Positions 51,261-64,000 of a stretch of DNA of 64,000 nucleotides are shown here, piece by piece. How positions within the stretch are numbered: the first letter of the stretch is position 1; every line of letters begins with the position of its first letter. This DNA is from Mobula hypostoma (Eukaryota). Position numbers and translations under genes: made by a program. The notes below the pieces were generated by a model, which saw only the letters and a list, made by a program, of their open reading frames with translations, was not told the DNA's origin and made no database searches. The DNA is taken from positions 16,244,001 to 16,308,000 of the forward strand of contig NC_086119.1 in the NCBI RefSeq assembly GCF_963921235.1. The letters run 5' to 3'.

Positions 51261-53939
51261 CAATGTCACCCCAACCCTCAGTCATCAAGATCCATTATTT
51301 CTGCGTAGTGTGAATGGGTCTTGAACTATTTATTTTAAATGAAATCCCCTACTAACCTGTCTTATGGTGCAACATGACTTCCTGACAATAAAGGCCACAA
51401 TATTTAGGGAAAATGAAAACCTCTTTCCATATCTCAGGATTCGCTTCTCAGCAAAGGCAAATGTGATTTTTTTTTAAAAATGTACCACCACCACTGCACC
51501 AGCAGCTTTTGGCCTTTGGGAAAGGGGAGCATTTGAAGCTCAAAACCAACACTCTGTTCCTGATCCATCTTCAGAGATGGGGACTACATAGACTGAGCAA
51601 AAAGTACAGGGTTATGTTTGGGGGGGGGGGGGGCGCTGTGAAAATATGATCCAAATCTCTGTGTAACAGGTGGTACAGGAACCTGAAGACACAGAGACAT
51701 GCACGCGTTCAGCAACAGCTTCTTCTCCTCTGAATGGATGTTGAATCCATGAACACCACATCACTACTTTTATGTTGCACTGAGTTAATTTAACTATTTA
51801 ATGTGCAGAGGGAACAATGCCCATGTGACCAATTAACCTACCAACCTGCAAGTCTTTGGAAAGTGGGAGGAATCTAGTACACCCAGGGGAAACCTTTACA
51901 GTCACGGGAAACATACCAACTCCTCAGAGACAGTGGTGAGTCACTAGTGCTGTAATAGTGTTACACTTACCAAGATTCAAGTTTATTGTCACATGTACAT
52001 CAAAACCTGGTGAAAGGTGTCATCTGCATTCACACCCATTGTGTTAGTAACTATTATACTATTAGCTGTGAAGCACAGAACACCTCATTGGCACACCTGA
52101 CACTATACTCCCAAAGCAAGCAACCCACTCAAGTTTTTTTGTGTGACAAAAAGTACTAGAAATGCTTCAAAAGATATTCTCAAGGACTCCTATGGGGAAG
52201 TAATACAACGTTTTCAACTCCACAGAATCCCTGGCCCATGACTGATTAAAAAACAGTGAAGCATACAGAAAGCACAAGAACATTCTTTACTGACATAATG
52301 GAAACCCAGTGGAAAGAAAGGTGCACTACATCGTAGCTATCAGGAAGAGTTGGAGTCACTTAGCCCCTGTTAAGACCAGTCATAACGCACCCATTTATTC
52401 CAATGTATTCCCATCAACTCTCTCCAGATTCTCCCACTCAGCTACATACATATTAGGAGCAATTGAGTGACCAATGGGCTCACATGTGATTGGGACCCGG
52501 AAATAAACTGGACAAAGCCCACACAACTCCACATAGACAACACTTGAGGTCGGGATTAAGCCCAGGTCGCTGGAGCTGAAGGGCAGCATCCTCTTTAGCT
52601 GTGACACCTCCTTGTGGTGGCATCCATCATTAAGGACCCCCATCACCCAAGACATGCCCTCTTGTCATTGCTGGCATCAGTCAGGAGATACAGGACCCTA
52701 AAGGCATACACTTAACATTTCAGTTACAGCTTCTTCCCTTCTGCCATCAGATTCTGAATAGACAACGAACCATGAACACTACCCCAGTTCTCCTTCCCCC
52801 TCTTTTTGCACTACTTAATTAATTTTCTTCTTTTAATATATACTTTTAATTGTAATTTATAGCTTTTAACTATCATGTACTGCTGCTGCAAAACCACAAA
52901 TTTCATGACATATGCCAGTGACATTAAACCTGATTCTGTTCACAGTATCCATTTGGCCCATCAAGTACTTAACCCATATGTGGCAGAGTCCCAAGAGCAT
53001 GTGGGATTTTCAACAGCCTCCTCAGAATAAAAAGTTAGTGAGTCCATCATTCATCACGATGCTTAGGGACTGCTAAAGCTGTACAAGATTCAACGAGCCC
53101 TGCCACCACAAACAGCCATCCAGAGAACTTTGCAGCCTGCATCAATGGGTATAAATCAAGATATATCCATTGTGCTGCAGACTCAAGTTCTAATTCGGCA
53201 CCCATTTCAGTAAAAGTGCATGAAAAGTGGTGGAAATTCAATGCCAACATTAAATTGAAACCATCAAATACAAAATTCTGCCTTTGTGAGCCAGTGTTTT
53301 TTTTTAAATACAAAGGTGTTGTAATTTAACCTTTTCAAAGGTGTGCTGCAAAAAGTTAAAACTTTAATCCACATCAGACCACAGAATTCTCAAGAACTAA
53401 GAATCCAAGAAACACATGCACTGAGAAGTGAAGTATTTTGATGATCGTGGTGCCAGGGTAGCATAGCAGTTAGCGCTATGCTATTACAGCTCAGAGCGTT
53501 GGAGTTTGGAGTTCAATCTAAGAAAGTTTCTACGTTCTTTCCGTGTGTGTGTCTGTGTGTTTCTTCCACATGCTCTGGCTTCCTCCCCCACTCCAAAGAC
53601 ACACCAATTAGCAGGTTAATTGGTCATTGTAACTTGTCCTGTTTTAGGCTTGGGTTAAATAGATGGGTTGCATGCTCTATCCCTAGATAAAATTTAAAAA
53701 GTAAATAAATCATATGACATATCAGACAGTCGCTCTCGAGAACCAATTTCCCACGATGTTCAGAATACTGATGTTTGCACATAATGTCATTCACTTTATC
53801 TTCTTCCACTCTCCACCTGCATGCTCTGCACACAATCAAACCAGCACTGCATCAGATCTCCTCAACATATGGTATGTTCACTTGAATAGGTGCAGAGATT
53901 GCCTTCCTTAGAAGGGGCTCCTTTCATTTCCCCTCCAAC

Positions 53940-54290
53940 ATTGACCATAAGACAGAGAATTAGGCCATTCAGCCCACTGAGTCTTCTCTGCCATTCCATC
54001 ATGGCTGATTTATTACCCCTCTCACCTGCCTTCTCCCCATAACCTTTAAGGCCCTTGCTAATCATGAACCTTTTAAACCTCCACTTTAAATATACCCAAT
54101 GACTTGGCCTCCACAGCAGTCGGTGGTAGAGAATTCCAGATTCACTGCCCTCAGGCTAAATAAATTCCTCCACATCTCTGTCCTAAAGGGACTTCCTTCT
54201 ACTCTCAGGCTGTGTCCTCTGGTCGGACTCCCCATTATAGGAAACATCATCCCTGCATCCATTCCATCTGGGCCTTTCAATAAGTCAGCC
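53940..54290 (-). mobile_element. CR1 3' fragment
   Basis: Reads TRGHSLRVEGSPFRTEMWRNLFSLRAVNL plus the 3'UTR. Confidence 0.8.
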
Positions 54291-57200
54291 AACAACTATG
54301 GACACGTGGTCTTAAACTCATTGTCAGCCACTCAATGCAATTCCATAGAGAAAACTAAGTGGACAGTGCTGCAGGTTGGTATCAGGTCCTCTTCAGTGTG
54401 GATCCCAAGCCGGAATTCCGTAGACTGATGAAATGAAGTATTCATGGAGGAAGGAGAACTATGCCTGGACTGCTATTGAACACGAACACGAACACACACA
54501 CGGATGGCAGTGATAATTATATATTAGTGCATTAAGGAGAGTTCTAAAGAAGCTGAAAGATACTGATGACATTTATACAACTGTCACAGATCAGGGAAGT
54601 GTTTGCCATAGGCACATGTGAAATGATATTTCATTCTTCAGAACACACCTCAGACGAAAGCAATAATTACTTGGGATACTGGTGGCAGAGTTAAACCAGA
54701 TTTCACCATTCTTGGGGGGAAAAAAACCACATTAAACCAAATGAGACATTCCCATCTGGCATGACCTTTATTTTGTAAAAATAATATAATCAGGGTTTCA
54801 ACACTTAACGATATTTATCTAGCCTATTTACTCTGCCGGGACAATATACTGCAACTCCAGACCATCACTCTGCACACAGACTTTGGACCTGATCAGAAAG
54901 CTGAAACCTTGAACTGTTTTACTCCAAGTGCCAATTTTTAATGTGGAAGCTGCTACTGGATTTTTATAATGAGATAAACATTGATGTTTGTGTGACAAAA
55001 AGCTAATTTGATCATGTTATAAAAAATGTACATCAACGCAGAGATTTCTGAACAGATAATGAAGCAACCCCAAACACTATCTCACTATTTTTGCACTAGT
55101 TATATTTATATACACAGACCTCATTGCAATTTATAGCTTTTTTATGTATTGCACTGTACTGCTGCCACAAAACACGTAATCTCACAACATATGCCACTGA
55201 TATTATACCCAATTTTGATACTGAAACAAATGAAATTCATCATTTGCATCAGCAACCAGCAGTCCAAAGATGTGCTGGGGCCAGCCTCTGCACGCTCTGT
55301 CGGCATGCTTCCAGTGCCAACGTGGCATGCCCAAAATTTACTAATCCTAACCTGTACATCTTTGGAGAAAGGAACACCTGGAGGAAAACGTGCAGTAACA
55401 GGGAGAAGATACAAACGCCTTACAGACAGTGGCAGAATTGTAGCCGAGTCATTGGCGCTGTAACAGTGCTATGCTAAATGCTTAGCTACAGTGCCACCGG
55501 GTTGGGAGTCAAACGGGCATTTCCTTTTAAGACTAATGATTTTAATCATTTTCAGTTACTAAACATGCATCAAGTAGAGCCAGTCTGCTTCGCAGCTTAT
55601 CTGAACTATTTCAGGGCAAGTGTCACGTTTCAAAAACTGCCAGGATTGTGTCTACCCCACCCTGCCGCCCACTTAAATCACTGCTGGAAAGCCTAGACAG
55701 ATATCCAGTATGCAACACCACATTTGTCAAGTCAACTGTGCGTGCAAACTTGAAACACTCGCACAGTTGGTTACACTTAATATGCATCTTAACACATGCT
55801 CTTCAACTAGGTTAAATTCCCCTTCTCAATGCTAGCTTGAGATAACATTAAGCTGTGCTCCACTGCTCCTGGAGGTTTAAGCAGAGACCAAATCAATAGT
55901 TGCATGCCATCTTGCACATTAACTTTATTAATGACACATTTGCAAACACATTAAAATAATCCATATTTATTGAGCCAGCTATACACATATGTACACAAGA
56001 CCTGTACAGTTTTTTTAAAAGAACTGCTCGGGCTGAGTTGGGATTTTTGTGCAAACATTTGTGTCACATTTTAGTCAAGTGCTTCATTACGGAACCTCCC
56101 ACCCCTCCCTTTTTGGTCTTTTTAAATGCCATGCATGAAATCTCCGAACAATTGGGAAGTTGTTTCGCTGGAACCCTTCCTGTACATTGAAGTGTTTGAA
56201 TGCTTTAAAGTGGCCAAATAAATCATCCCGACCCTTCCCCAGCCCAATCAAAGCAGCTAGCTGTGAAGTATGTTGCTGTTACAAATGGCTGGCGACAAAT
56301 TCCCTTTTCCCTTCATGGCAATATCATTGTCTTGAAAAGGAGCTGCAGAATCAAGACATCAACACAGTCTAATCCAGACCAACAACCCTTTGGCTTACTT
56401 ACTTCAGACCTTCCACTACATCTGACTAAGTCACTCAGCATTTTAAATAGTATTTTCACCATCTACATTCTGAAAGGTCATCGACCCCAAGTGCCATTGT
56501 TTTCCTCCCCACAGACTGAGTGGTCTGCCAGCAACTGTTTCAGAAGCACCCATCTTTCCTACCCACCTATCAGTATTCTTCCCCCTCAGTCCCTCCATCT
56601 CACATCTCCTCCACAACACAGCTTTGCATTAACTACACCCGGTATTGGATTGGTTGTGAACGGAGTCCGGTCAGTAGATCCCAGTTCCCATTGGATTACA
56701 CCCTCAATACTGGGGTTTCAGCAACCAATTACACAAAAGAAGCGTTCTTAAAAATTACCGGAGCTACATAGTGTCATAGGAATTGGTTCATTCTCCAATA
56801 TTTACATATCATTGAGTCAAAACACTCAGAAGGTGAAAAGCCCCAATAAAAGTGCTGGAGGTTGCAACTGGTGACAGGTTGGGGAAAAGAGCACTTATGT
56901 ACAAATGGGCTAGATGGGTGAATAAATATAGACAAGATTCCCGCTTTCAAGGAACAGTCAGATAACATTGCGGCAGGCTCTTGCCAAAAAGGCCTCTTAC
57001 ATTTTGTCTTGTTCTCTTCTCAGAACAGCAAACCCTGTAGTCGGTTAAAAACAACACACGTTTTCCATTTTGGTTAGAAACAGGAGATGGTGCTCTATGC
57101 ATCAACAAACCCTGGAGATATTTCTACAAGGAATGAATAGCAACAAACTGCAAAACAGTAAATTACCTTCCACTGGGCAATGTTAATAACATGTACCATT

Positions 57201-57999
57201 ACACTTGAAACTGCCCCACTCTTAAACTCCTAATGGAACTCTCCAATCCAGGTTGGAGCAGTAACGTCAGCCACCATTTAGTTACACACTTTCATCACAG
57301 ACTTATGCGAGGGATCAGGTTAAGATAACCTACTGCTCACATTAAAACCCAATGGTGCGAACTGAGTATTGCAAACCTCAGGTTTATTTTCACCAAACCC
57401 TCGAAAGTGGATGGTAATTTGGCCAAGTTCTTCAAAACACAATTGCTTGCATAATAAATGCGAGAGTAATTTTAACTGTGCCAAATTACTTTCACAGCAA
57501 GCCGTCCAACGTGCGCAGTGGAATTTTATTGGAGTTGTGCCTTTGGGGGTCCCACCCCCCCCACTCCCCGACCCGCCCATTTCGGCGACGGGCTGGACGC
57601 AGCAGCCAAGTCTGGCAGCAGAATCCTCCATTCCCCAAAAGGATCTCACATCGAGCATCAAGAGAACCTCCATCCCCACACAGACTGAAGCCTGGGCTTA
57701 GTGGCCGACAGCTTCCAACGCAACCACCCTCCAGCCCCACCGACAATCTTTAGTCTGAACATACTAAAAGGAATTCTAAAAAAAAATCAAATGCATTCTT
57801 GCACTATGTTTCCTAACTAATACACATAATATGCCTTAACATTTCTAAAGGAAATCCTAAACTTTTGTGATTAAAAATAATTAGGAGACTAAGACACAAA
57901 GGGTAAAGAAACACAGTATTGAACAAGTTCAGAAGCAATTTGACAGTCGAGAGCTGAACTGGATTTCTGGGTGAAAACACGTCAGTGGGGAGCACCATT

Positions 58000-58309
58000 T
58001 TAACTGCTGCTGAAGTCTGTCACTTCGAGTTCCACACTGGACAAAAACCTCCTGGTCGCCTTCCTGCAGTTGTAATCCACAGTGGTGGTGTAGACAGTCT
58101 TTGCATACTTGGGGTACACGATGACTGCGCTGAGGAACCGCAGCGGTTTGTGCTGAAACTCGAACTTCAACTCTGTCTTGTAGTTCCGCCACGTGCAGTC
58201 AGGAACACAGATGACTGTCTGGCTGCAGGAGCCAACTCCCAAGGTGTGCTGCAGGAACACATTGTTGACGTAATGCCGGTCTGAGTCATACTTCACGGAG
58301 GAGGTGTAC
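58000..58309 (-). CDS. RFLNB: Refilin-B last coding exon
   Basis: Acceptor ctctgtgcttcag|g, phase 2. Reads YTSSVKYDSDRHY...SCSQTVICVPDCTWRNYKTELKFE..LRFLSAVIVYPKYAKTVYTTTVDY..RRFLSSVELEV (refilin/FAM101 domain). B rather than A is assigned by adjacency to LIAT1. Upstream exons were not found in the window. Confidence 0.85.
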
Positions 58310-60261
58310 CTGAAGCACAGAGACAAAGGACGGTTCATTCATTAAAGGCTTTTTTTCCTCCCCTCCCTGGGTTTAGAAGTCAACATGCCCATGACCCACT
58401 GCTCTCTCTCACTTTCATCACATCAGCAATGAACAGCAACCCAGACAAACAGCTGCTATGGGAATTTTACTCAATAATGGAAAATAATCTTTATGGCGGA
58501 TTCCAAGCCAATTATATTTAAAAACTAGTATCGTGGCTCATCTTATCACAGAAGACAATTTTGCAACCCTCCCATGGGATGGGAGGTTGGGGAACACATT
58601 TAGCAAAGCCTACGTTTATAACTGAATCATTGAAAGGCCCGTCAGTCAAGCCAGTCCAGAAGCATTTGTACAGCACTTCTACATCAACAGCGTTGCCCAC
58701 TGGTTGGACAGTTCCAGAAGTCAGATACTACAAATGCCAGAATCCAAATCCCACTACATTCACAACTGTAAACTTTTGTCAAAGCAGACAGGCAATTTGA
58801 GCTTTCCCACCAACATCCACTGGAGATGAAGGAGATGGTGATGGACTTTAGGAAGACCAAGCCAGCACTGCTTCCTGTTACTACTGATGGTGACGATGTG
58901 GATGTGGTGAGGACCTACAAGTACCTGGATGACAGACTTGAGTGGAGCACCAATACAGAGGCTGTGTACAAGAAGGGCCAGAGTTGCCTCTACTTCCTGA
59001 GGAGAGAGAGGTCCTTTGGAGTATGCAGACCCTCTCCTTCACATCTTCTACCAGTCTGATGTTGTCAGTAGTGTACTGGGACAACGGCATCAACACTGGT
59101 GATGCCGACAGGCTCAATAGACTGATTAGAAAGGCTTAATCTGTTATAGGAGGCAAAGTGGACACACTGGAGGCTGTGATAGAACAAAGATCCCTTCAGA
59201 AAATCCTGGCTGGTCCTGGCTTTTATGCTGCAGTACTGTTTCCTGGATGGTAGCAGCTGGAATAGATTGTGGTTGGGGTGACTGGGGTGACTTGGGTCCC
59301 CAACGATCCTACGTGCCCTTTTTACACACCTGTCTTTGTAAATGTCCTGAATAGTGGGAAGTTCACAACTACAGATGCGCTGGGCTGTCTGTACCACTCT
59401 CTGCAGAGTCCTGTGATTAAGGGAGGTACAGTCCCCATACCAGACAGTGATGCAGCCAGTCAGGATGCTCTCAATTGTGCCCCTGTAAAGAGTTCTTAGG
59501 ATCTGGGGGCCCATACCAAACTTCCTCAACCGTCTGAGGTGAAAAAGGTGTTGTTGTGCCTTTCTCCACCACTCAGCTGGTGTGTACAGACCACGCGAGG
59601 TCCTCGGTGATGTGGATGCCGAGGAACTCACCCTCCGCATGCCACCTTGGCTGAACAGAGGAGAACTTTTAGTAATAGACTAAGACAGCTGTGCTGTTCC
59701 AAAAAGTGCCATATGAGGTCATTCTTACCTTTGGCCATTAGGGCTCTATAATGAGTCAACCTATAGCTGGGGAAGTGACCAGAACCCCCAATTACACTGT
59801 TTAAAATGACGTTTTTTTTTAATTCTTTCTTACTTCTCTTCTAATAGGTGTACATCTGTGCACTTGTAATGCTACTGTGACCCCAATTTCCTTTGGGATC
59901 AATATAGTATCTATCTATATCTGGTCTGTGCCTATTACCCTCTGTTCATATAGAAAGCAGAACATCAAACACTTTTTTTTTAAATTCAAGATTGTTTAAG
60001 ATTCAAAATTGTTTAATGCCATTTCCAGTATACAAGTGTAAAGGGAAACAAATCTGTTAGTCCGGATCTGATGCAGCACAAAAATATAATAAAAAAGCAT
60101 AGTAAATACAAATACATAAGATACATCGATTGTTTGTATGTCCATAAAGTGATCCACGTTACAGGAGTGTCTGTACCCAAGGTGACTGGGAGGAAATGAT
60201 AAAGTAGTGGTGGGTGGAGGTGTTGAACAGCCTTATTATTTGGGCTTCATCACACCTAGTA

Positions 60262-61190
60262 CTGGTACCCCCTCCCCCAACCGGGCTGCGCTCTCAGCTC
60301 GCTGCTTTTCACACTGCTGACGCACGACCGCACCACTAGATCTAATTTGAACTGATTCATCCAGCTCGCTGATGACACGACCGGGACTGGCCCCGGCCAC
60401 AAGGAGGACGAGACGGCATGTGGAGAGGAGCTCGAGGAGCCGGTACGATGGTGCCAGCACAACAGCTGGAGTCTCAACGTGGACGAGACCAAAGAGGTGA
60501 CTGTGGACTTTCGGAAGGCGCGGGCTGACCACTCCTCACTGGCACGTATGCGGCTCCTCCGTGGAGAGTTAGCAGCACCAAGTTTGTGGGCAGACGATCT
60601 CACCTGGTCCTTCAACACCACCTCTTTAGTCAAGAAAGCACCGCAGCATTTCCACTTCCTGAGGAGATTGGGGTGTGGTGTCCTCCCCTGCCCCAATTTT
60701 AACCTTTTTTTTTAAAAAACAGGAGCATCGTCAAGTGTGTCCCACCCAGCTGCATCACTGCCTGATCTAGGAATTGCGAGGCATCTGACCACAAGTCCCT
60801 ATAAAGGATTTCAAGGTTTACTGAGGGGTTCATCAGGGTCCCTCTTCCATCCAGAGATAATTATCAGGAGCACTGCATAAGCAGGGCCCTTAACATGGGC
60901 AAAGATCCATCCCATCCAACCAACAATCTCTTTGACCCCCTACCGTCAGGCAGGGGGTACCGTAACATTAGGACAGGAACCATCAGGATGCGAAACAACC
61001 TCTTTCCCCAGGCTGTAAGAGCACTGAACTCCCTGTCACCATGCAGGTCTCATCACATCTGAAGTACCAGTGGCGTTATACTATTTTACTTTTTAAACTT
61101 TTATCATAAATGCACCTTATTATTTGTGGTAATAGTACTATGTGTGTGAGTTATATGTACTGCGTTATGCACCTTGGTCTGGAAGAACTG
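60262..61190 (+). mobile_element. Degenerate Rex1/Babar-type LINE with CpG-rich RT remnant
   Basis: Reads PQPGCALSSLLFTLLTHD..QLADDTT..WCQHNSWSLNVDETKEVTVDFRK with frameshifts. Confidence 0.72.
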
Positions 61191-61299
61191 TTTCAATTGG
61201 TGGTATACATGTATACAGCTGAGTGACAAACTTGAACTTGAAATAACTGTTTTTGAATCTAGCAGTCCTGACGTCATTGCAAGTACAGTACATAATCAG

Positions 61300-62140
61300 T
61301 GAATGGTGCTGGATGTGCACTGGGAGTAGTGTTCAGTTCTGGTCACCTCATCATAGGAAGGGTGTAAAAGCTTTAGAGAGAGTGCAGAGGAGGTTTACCT
61401 GGCGCTGCCTGGATAAGAGAGCATGTCTCAATGAGGATAGGTTGAGCAAGCTAGGGGTTTTCTCTTAGGAGCGAAGGAGGATGAGAGGTGAATTGACAGA
61501 GATGCACAAGATAAGAGGCATAGATCAAGTGGATAGACAAACCTTTTCCCCAGGGCAGAAGTAGCTAATACAGGAGGCACAATTTTAAAGCTATTGGAGG
61601 AAAATACAGTAGGGTTGCTAGAATTAATTTTTATTTAAAAAAAGACAGAATTCAGTGCATTAAACGGCCGGCTGGTAGCGCAGTGGTATCAGCACTGGAC
61701 TCCGGAGCGAAGGCTCCCGAGTTTGAATCCAAGTCGGGCTGCCACTCCACACCCCCCCCCCCGCCGCCCCCCCCCGGGCACACTTTCCATCCGTGCTGGG
61801 TTGAGCGTTGAGCTAGCCTCGTAAAAAACAAGGGTTGAGTCAGGAATGTTCATATCATGACCCGGTTAATCCGAAAGGAGACCAATCCTGACACTACGCA
61901 CCAGACAAGAACGGCTGACTGTCTGGTGCGACACGCTAGGAAGGAAGTGCATTAAACATCCTCCCATGAGTGGTAGTGGGGTTAGATACGCAAGGGGCAT
62001 TTAGGAAACTTTTAGATAGGCACATGGAAGGTAGAAAAAGAGAGGGTTATGTAGGAGGGAAAAGTTAGATTGATCTTAGACTGGGTTAAAAGGACAGCAC
62101 ACATTGTGGGCCAAAGGGTCTGTAAAGTACTGTAGTATTC
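61300..62140 (+). mobile_element. CR1 3' fragment hosting a SINE
   Basis: Reads SVQFWSPHHRKGVKALERVQRRFT plus the CR1 3'UTR. Confidence 0.78.
61666..61945 (+). mobile_element. Young tRNA-derived SINE of a second family, with perfect 12-bp TSD
   Basis: Box A tagcgcagtgg (61676-86), box B gtttgaatcc (61721-30), 3' stem-loop and (ggaa)n tail. TSD agtgcattaaac at 61654-65 and 61946-57. Confidence 0.85.
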
Positions 62141-62979
62141 AATGTTTTCCATTCCATATTCAGCAACCGCAGATTATTTCTGAAGCATAATGTTGCTCAA
62201 CAGGCAAAAAAAAGCACATTTTTCAACAAGAAGGGTTAACAGAAGCAACCCGTTATCTCAAACAAACTACACTTGACTCACATCGCTAAAGGCATTAACT
62301 CGGGAAAAACACCCACATGGATGAGTAACTTAGGAGTCATGCTGGGGCCCAATGGGTGGGTGAGAGAGAAAGAGAGAAAAAACAACAACACACAAGATGC
62401 AACATGTTATTTCATCAGATAACAGCAGCTGAGTGTTTGTGGGGTGAGGATGACGCACAAGGTGAGGCTGGGCTGGTTAGGTTTTCATTCACGCGATGCC
62501 AATGAACTGGAACCCAGAAATCAATAAAATTGAAATCTTGACATAGTCCAACAATATCAATATCAGGAATGTGGCGACAGAACAGACAGACCAAAGGAAA
62601 CAACAGACAAGTGGCGGGTACTATCCTTTAACTATCAGGCTCCTGAACCAGAGTGGAAAAATTCACTCACCGCAACACTGAACACAAACAAATAAAGCAC
62701 ATGTTTAAAAGTGAGATGTCTGGGATAATCCACTAACCGGCTCAGAGTCCGGGTTCTTAAATGGGTTTTCAAGAGTTCATTCAGACAGTAGTCAGGTGTT
62801 TCTATCCATCTCCCTTCTGGGCAACAAGCTCTGGACCCTTATCGTTCATCTGGTCCAGCAGGTTTTTCTCACCTTCCCTTCAGCTGCACATGGGCACCAT
62901 GGTGGTGTAGAGGTTAGTGCGACACTACACAGCTTGGGGCATCGGAGTTCAGAATTCAATTCCACCATCATCTGTAAGG

Positions 62980-63709
62980 CCGACATCCCACCTCTCCCGG
63001 AACTTCCGGGAGTCTCCCGCATATTAATAGTGGCTCCCTGATGCCCGCAAATTATATACAATATCATGGAAATCAAGTTTTTTGAGAGCGAGCGAGAGAA
63101 AAGCAAAAGAGAGCGCGAGAGCGACCACGAGAGAGAGTGTGCGCGCGAGAGCGAGAGTGAAGGCAAACGAGCGTGCGAGCAAGAGCGCGCCAGCTACCAC
63201 GAGAGAGAGTGTGCGCGCGAGAGCGAGAGTGAAGGCAAGCAAGAGCGCAAGCAAGCGAGGGAGAGCGAGCGAGCGACCACGAGAGAGTGTGCGCGCGAGA
63301 GCGAGAGTGAAGGCAAATGAGCGTGCGAGCAAGAGCGCGCCAGCGACGAGAGAGAGAGCACCAGCGAGAGCACGCCATTGCAGAGTGTTCCAAAAAAAAA
63401 CGTACGTCACCCCAGACTACACTAAAGTGTACCCCTGCCTAATAGGGGGCAAAATAATGACAGTGTTGCTCACTGCACTGTTTGCAACAGTGACTTTTCT
63501 ATTGCCCATGGTGGGTTAAGACTGTAAAAGACATGTTGAGGTGAGTTTAACAGGTGTCATTCGTTCATTAGCATAGCTAACGTCATTTAAACTAGCTGGC
63601 TAGCTGCTAAGGAGCTACTCTATTGCAGACATCCCACCTCTCCTGGAAGTCTCCCGCAAATTGATGGTGCTACCTCCCTGAAATGAGTTTTTGCAGGGTG
63701 GGATGTCTG
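62980..63709 (+). mobile_element. Non-autonomous hAT-like transposon with 13-bp TIRs and 6-bp TSD, inserted in a V-SINE
   Basis: TIRs ccgacatcccacc / ggtgggatgtctg (12/13 match). gtaagg occurs on both sides (62974-79 and 63710-15). A BED finger remnant is present. Confidence 0.8.
63085..63375 (+). repeat. GA/CG-rich tandem repeat (3 core units) inside the hAT element
   Basis: accacgagagagagtgtgcgcgcgagagcgagagtgaaggcaa is repeated three times with variable linkers. Confidence 0.9.
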
Positions 63710-64000
63710 GTAAGGAGTCTGTGTATCCTCCCCGTGAAATGTGTGGATTTCCTCCGACAGTCTGAGGATCTGCTTGGGGAGCCCACGAGTATCGCTGTGC
63801 TTCTGGCAGCTGCCTAGCATTCCCATAACTTACTGACCTTGCTTCGATAGAATGTGGGGGAGCCTGGGACACCCAGAGGAAACTAGCTGTTCACAGGGAG
63901 TACGTACAGACAGAGCGTTGAACCCCAGTCGCTGACATCGCAAAGCGTTAAGCTAGCCACCACACTACTGTACCACCCGAACAGACCAACAGCCTTCGGC

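Noticed and set aside
53047-53313. 88-aa minus-strand ORF downstream of RFLNB
   Set aside because: No homology recognised and no supporting gene structure.
61666-61740. tRNA gene
   Set aside because: The tRNA-like head continues into a SINE body with a tail and TSD, and there is no complete cloverleaf. The same applies to the V-SINE heads.
63024-63519. Overlapping ORFs of 84-145 aa (RARES/LALA-rich)
   Set aside because: These are artefacts of a stop-poor GA/CG tandem repeat inside a transposon.

Overview
Vertebrate genomic DNA, most likely a cartilaginous fish (ray-like). This is inferred from the repeat complement: V-SINE/HE1-type SINEs, CR1, Penelope and Rex1/Babar. Four spliced protein-coding genes are supported by exon-phase-consistent GT-AG junctions. 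(1) A minus-strand tapasin-family gene (exons 1-4 here, the rest off the left edge) with two ISREs in its promoter. It resembles the third, non-MHC, non-TAPBPR paralog and has no free luminal cysteine in the visible domains. (2) A minus-strand, five-exon EXO5. (3) LIAT1 on the plus strand, head-to-head with EXO5. (4) The last coding exon of a refilin (RFLNB) on the minus strand. Most of the remainder is transposon-derived. The most notable non-routine items are: a ~61-bp intronic stem-loop in the tapasin-like gene whose two ends are alternative 3' splice sites (poison exon versus 27-nt in-frame microexon); many Penelope pLTR copies carrying minimal dimer-type hammerhead ribozymes (one with an intact core); a hAT element with a 6-bp TSD; and a young, structured tRNA-SINE of a second family. 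All coordinates were counted by hand, and no database searches or folding programs were run.
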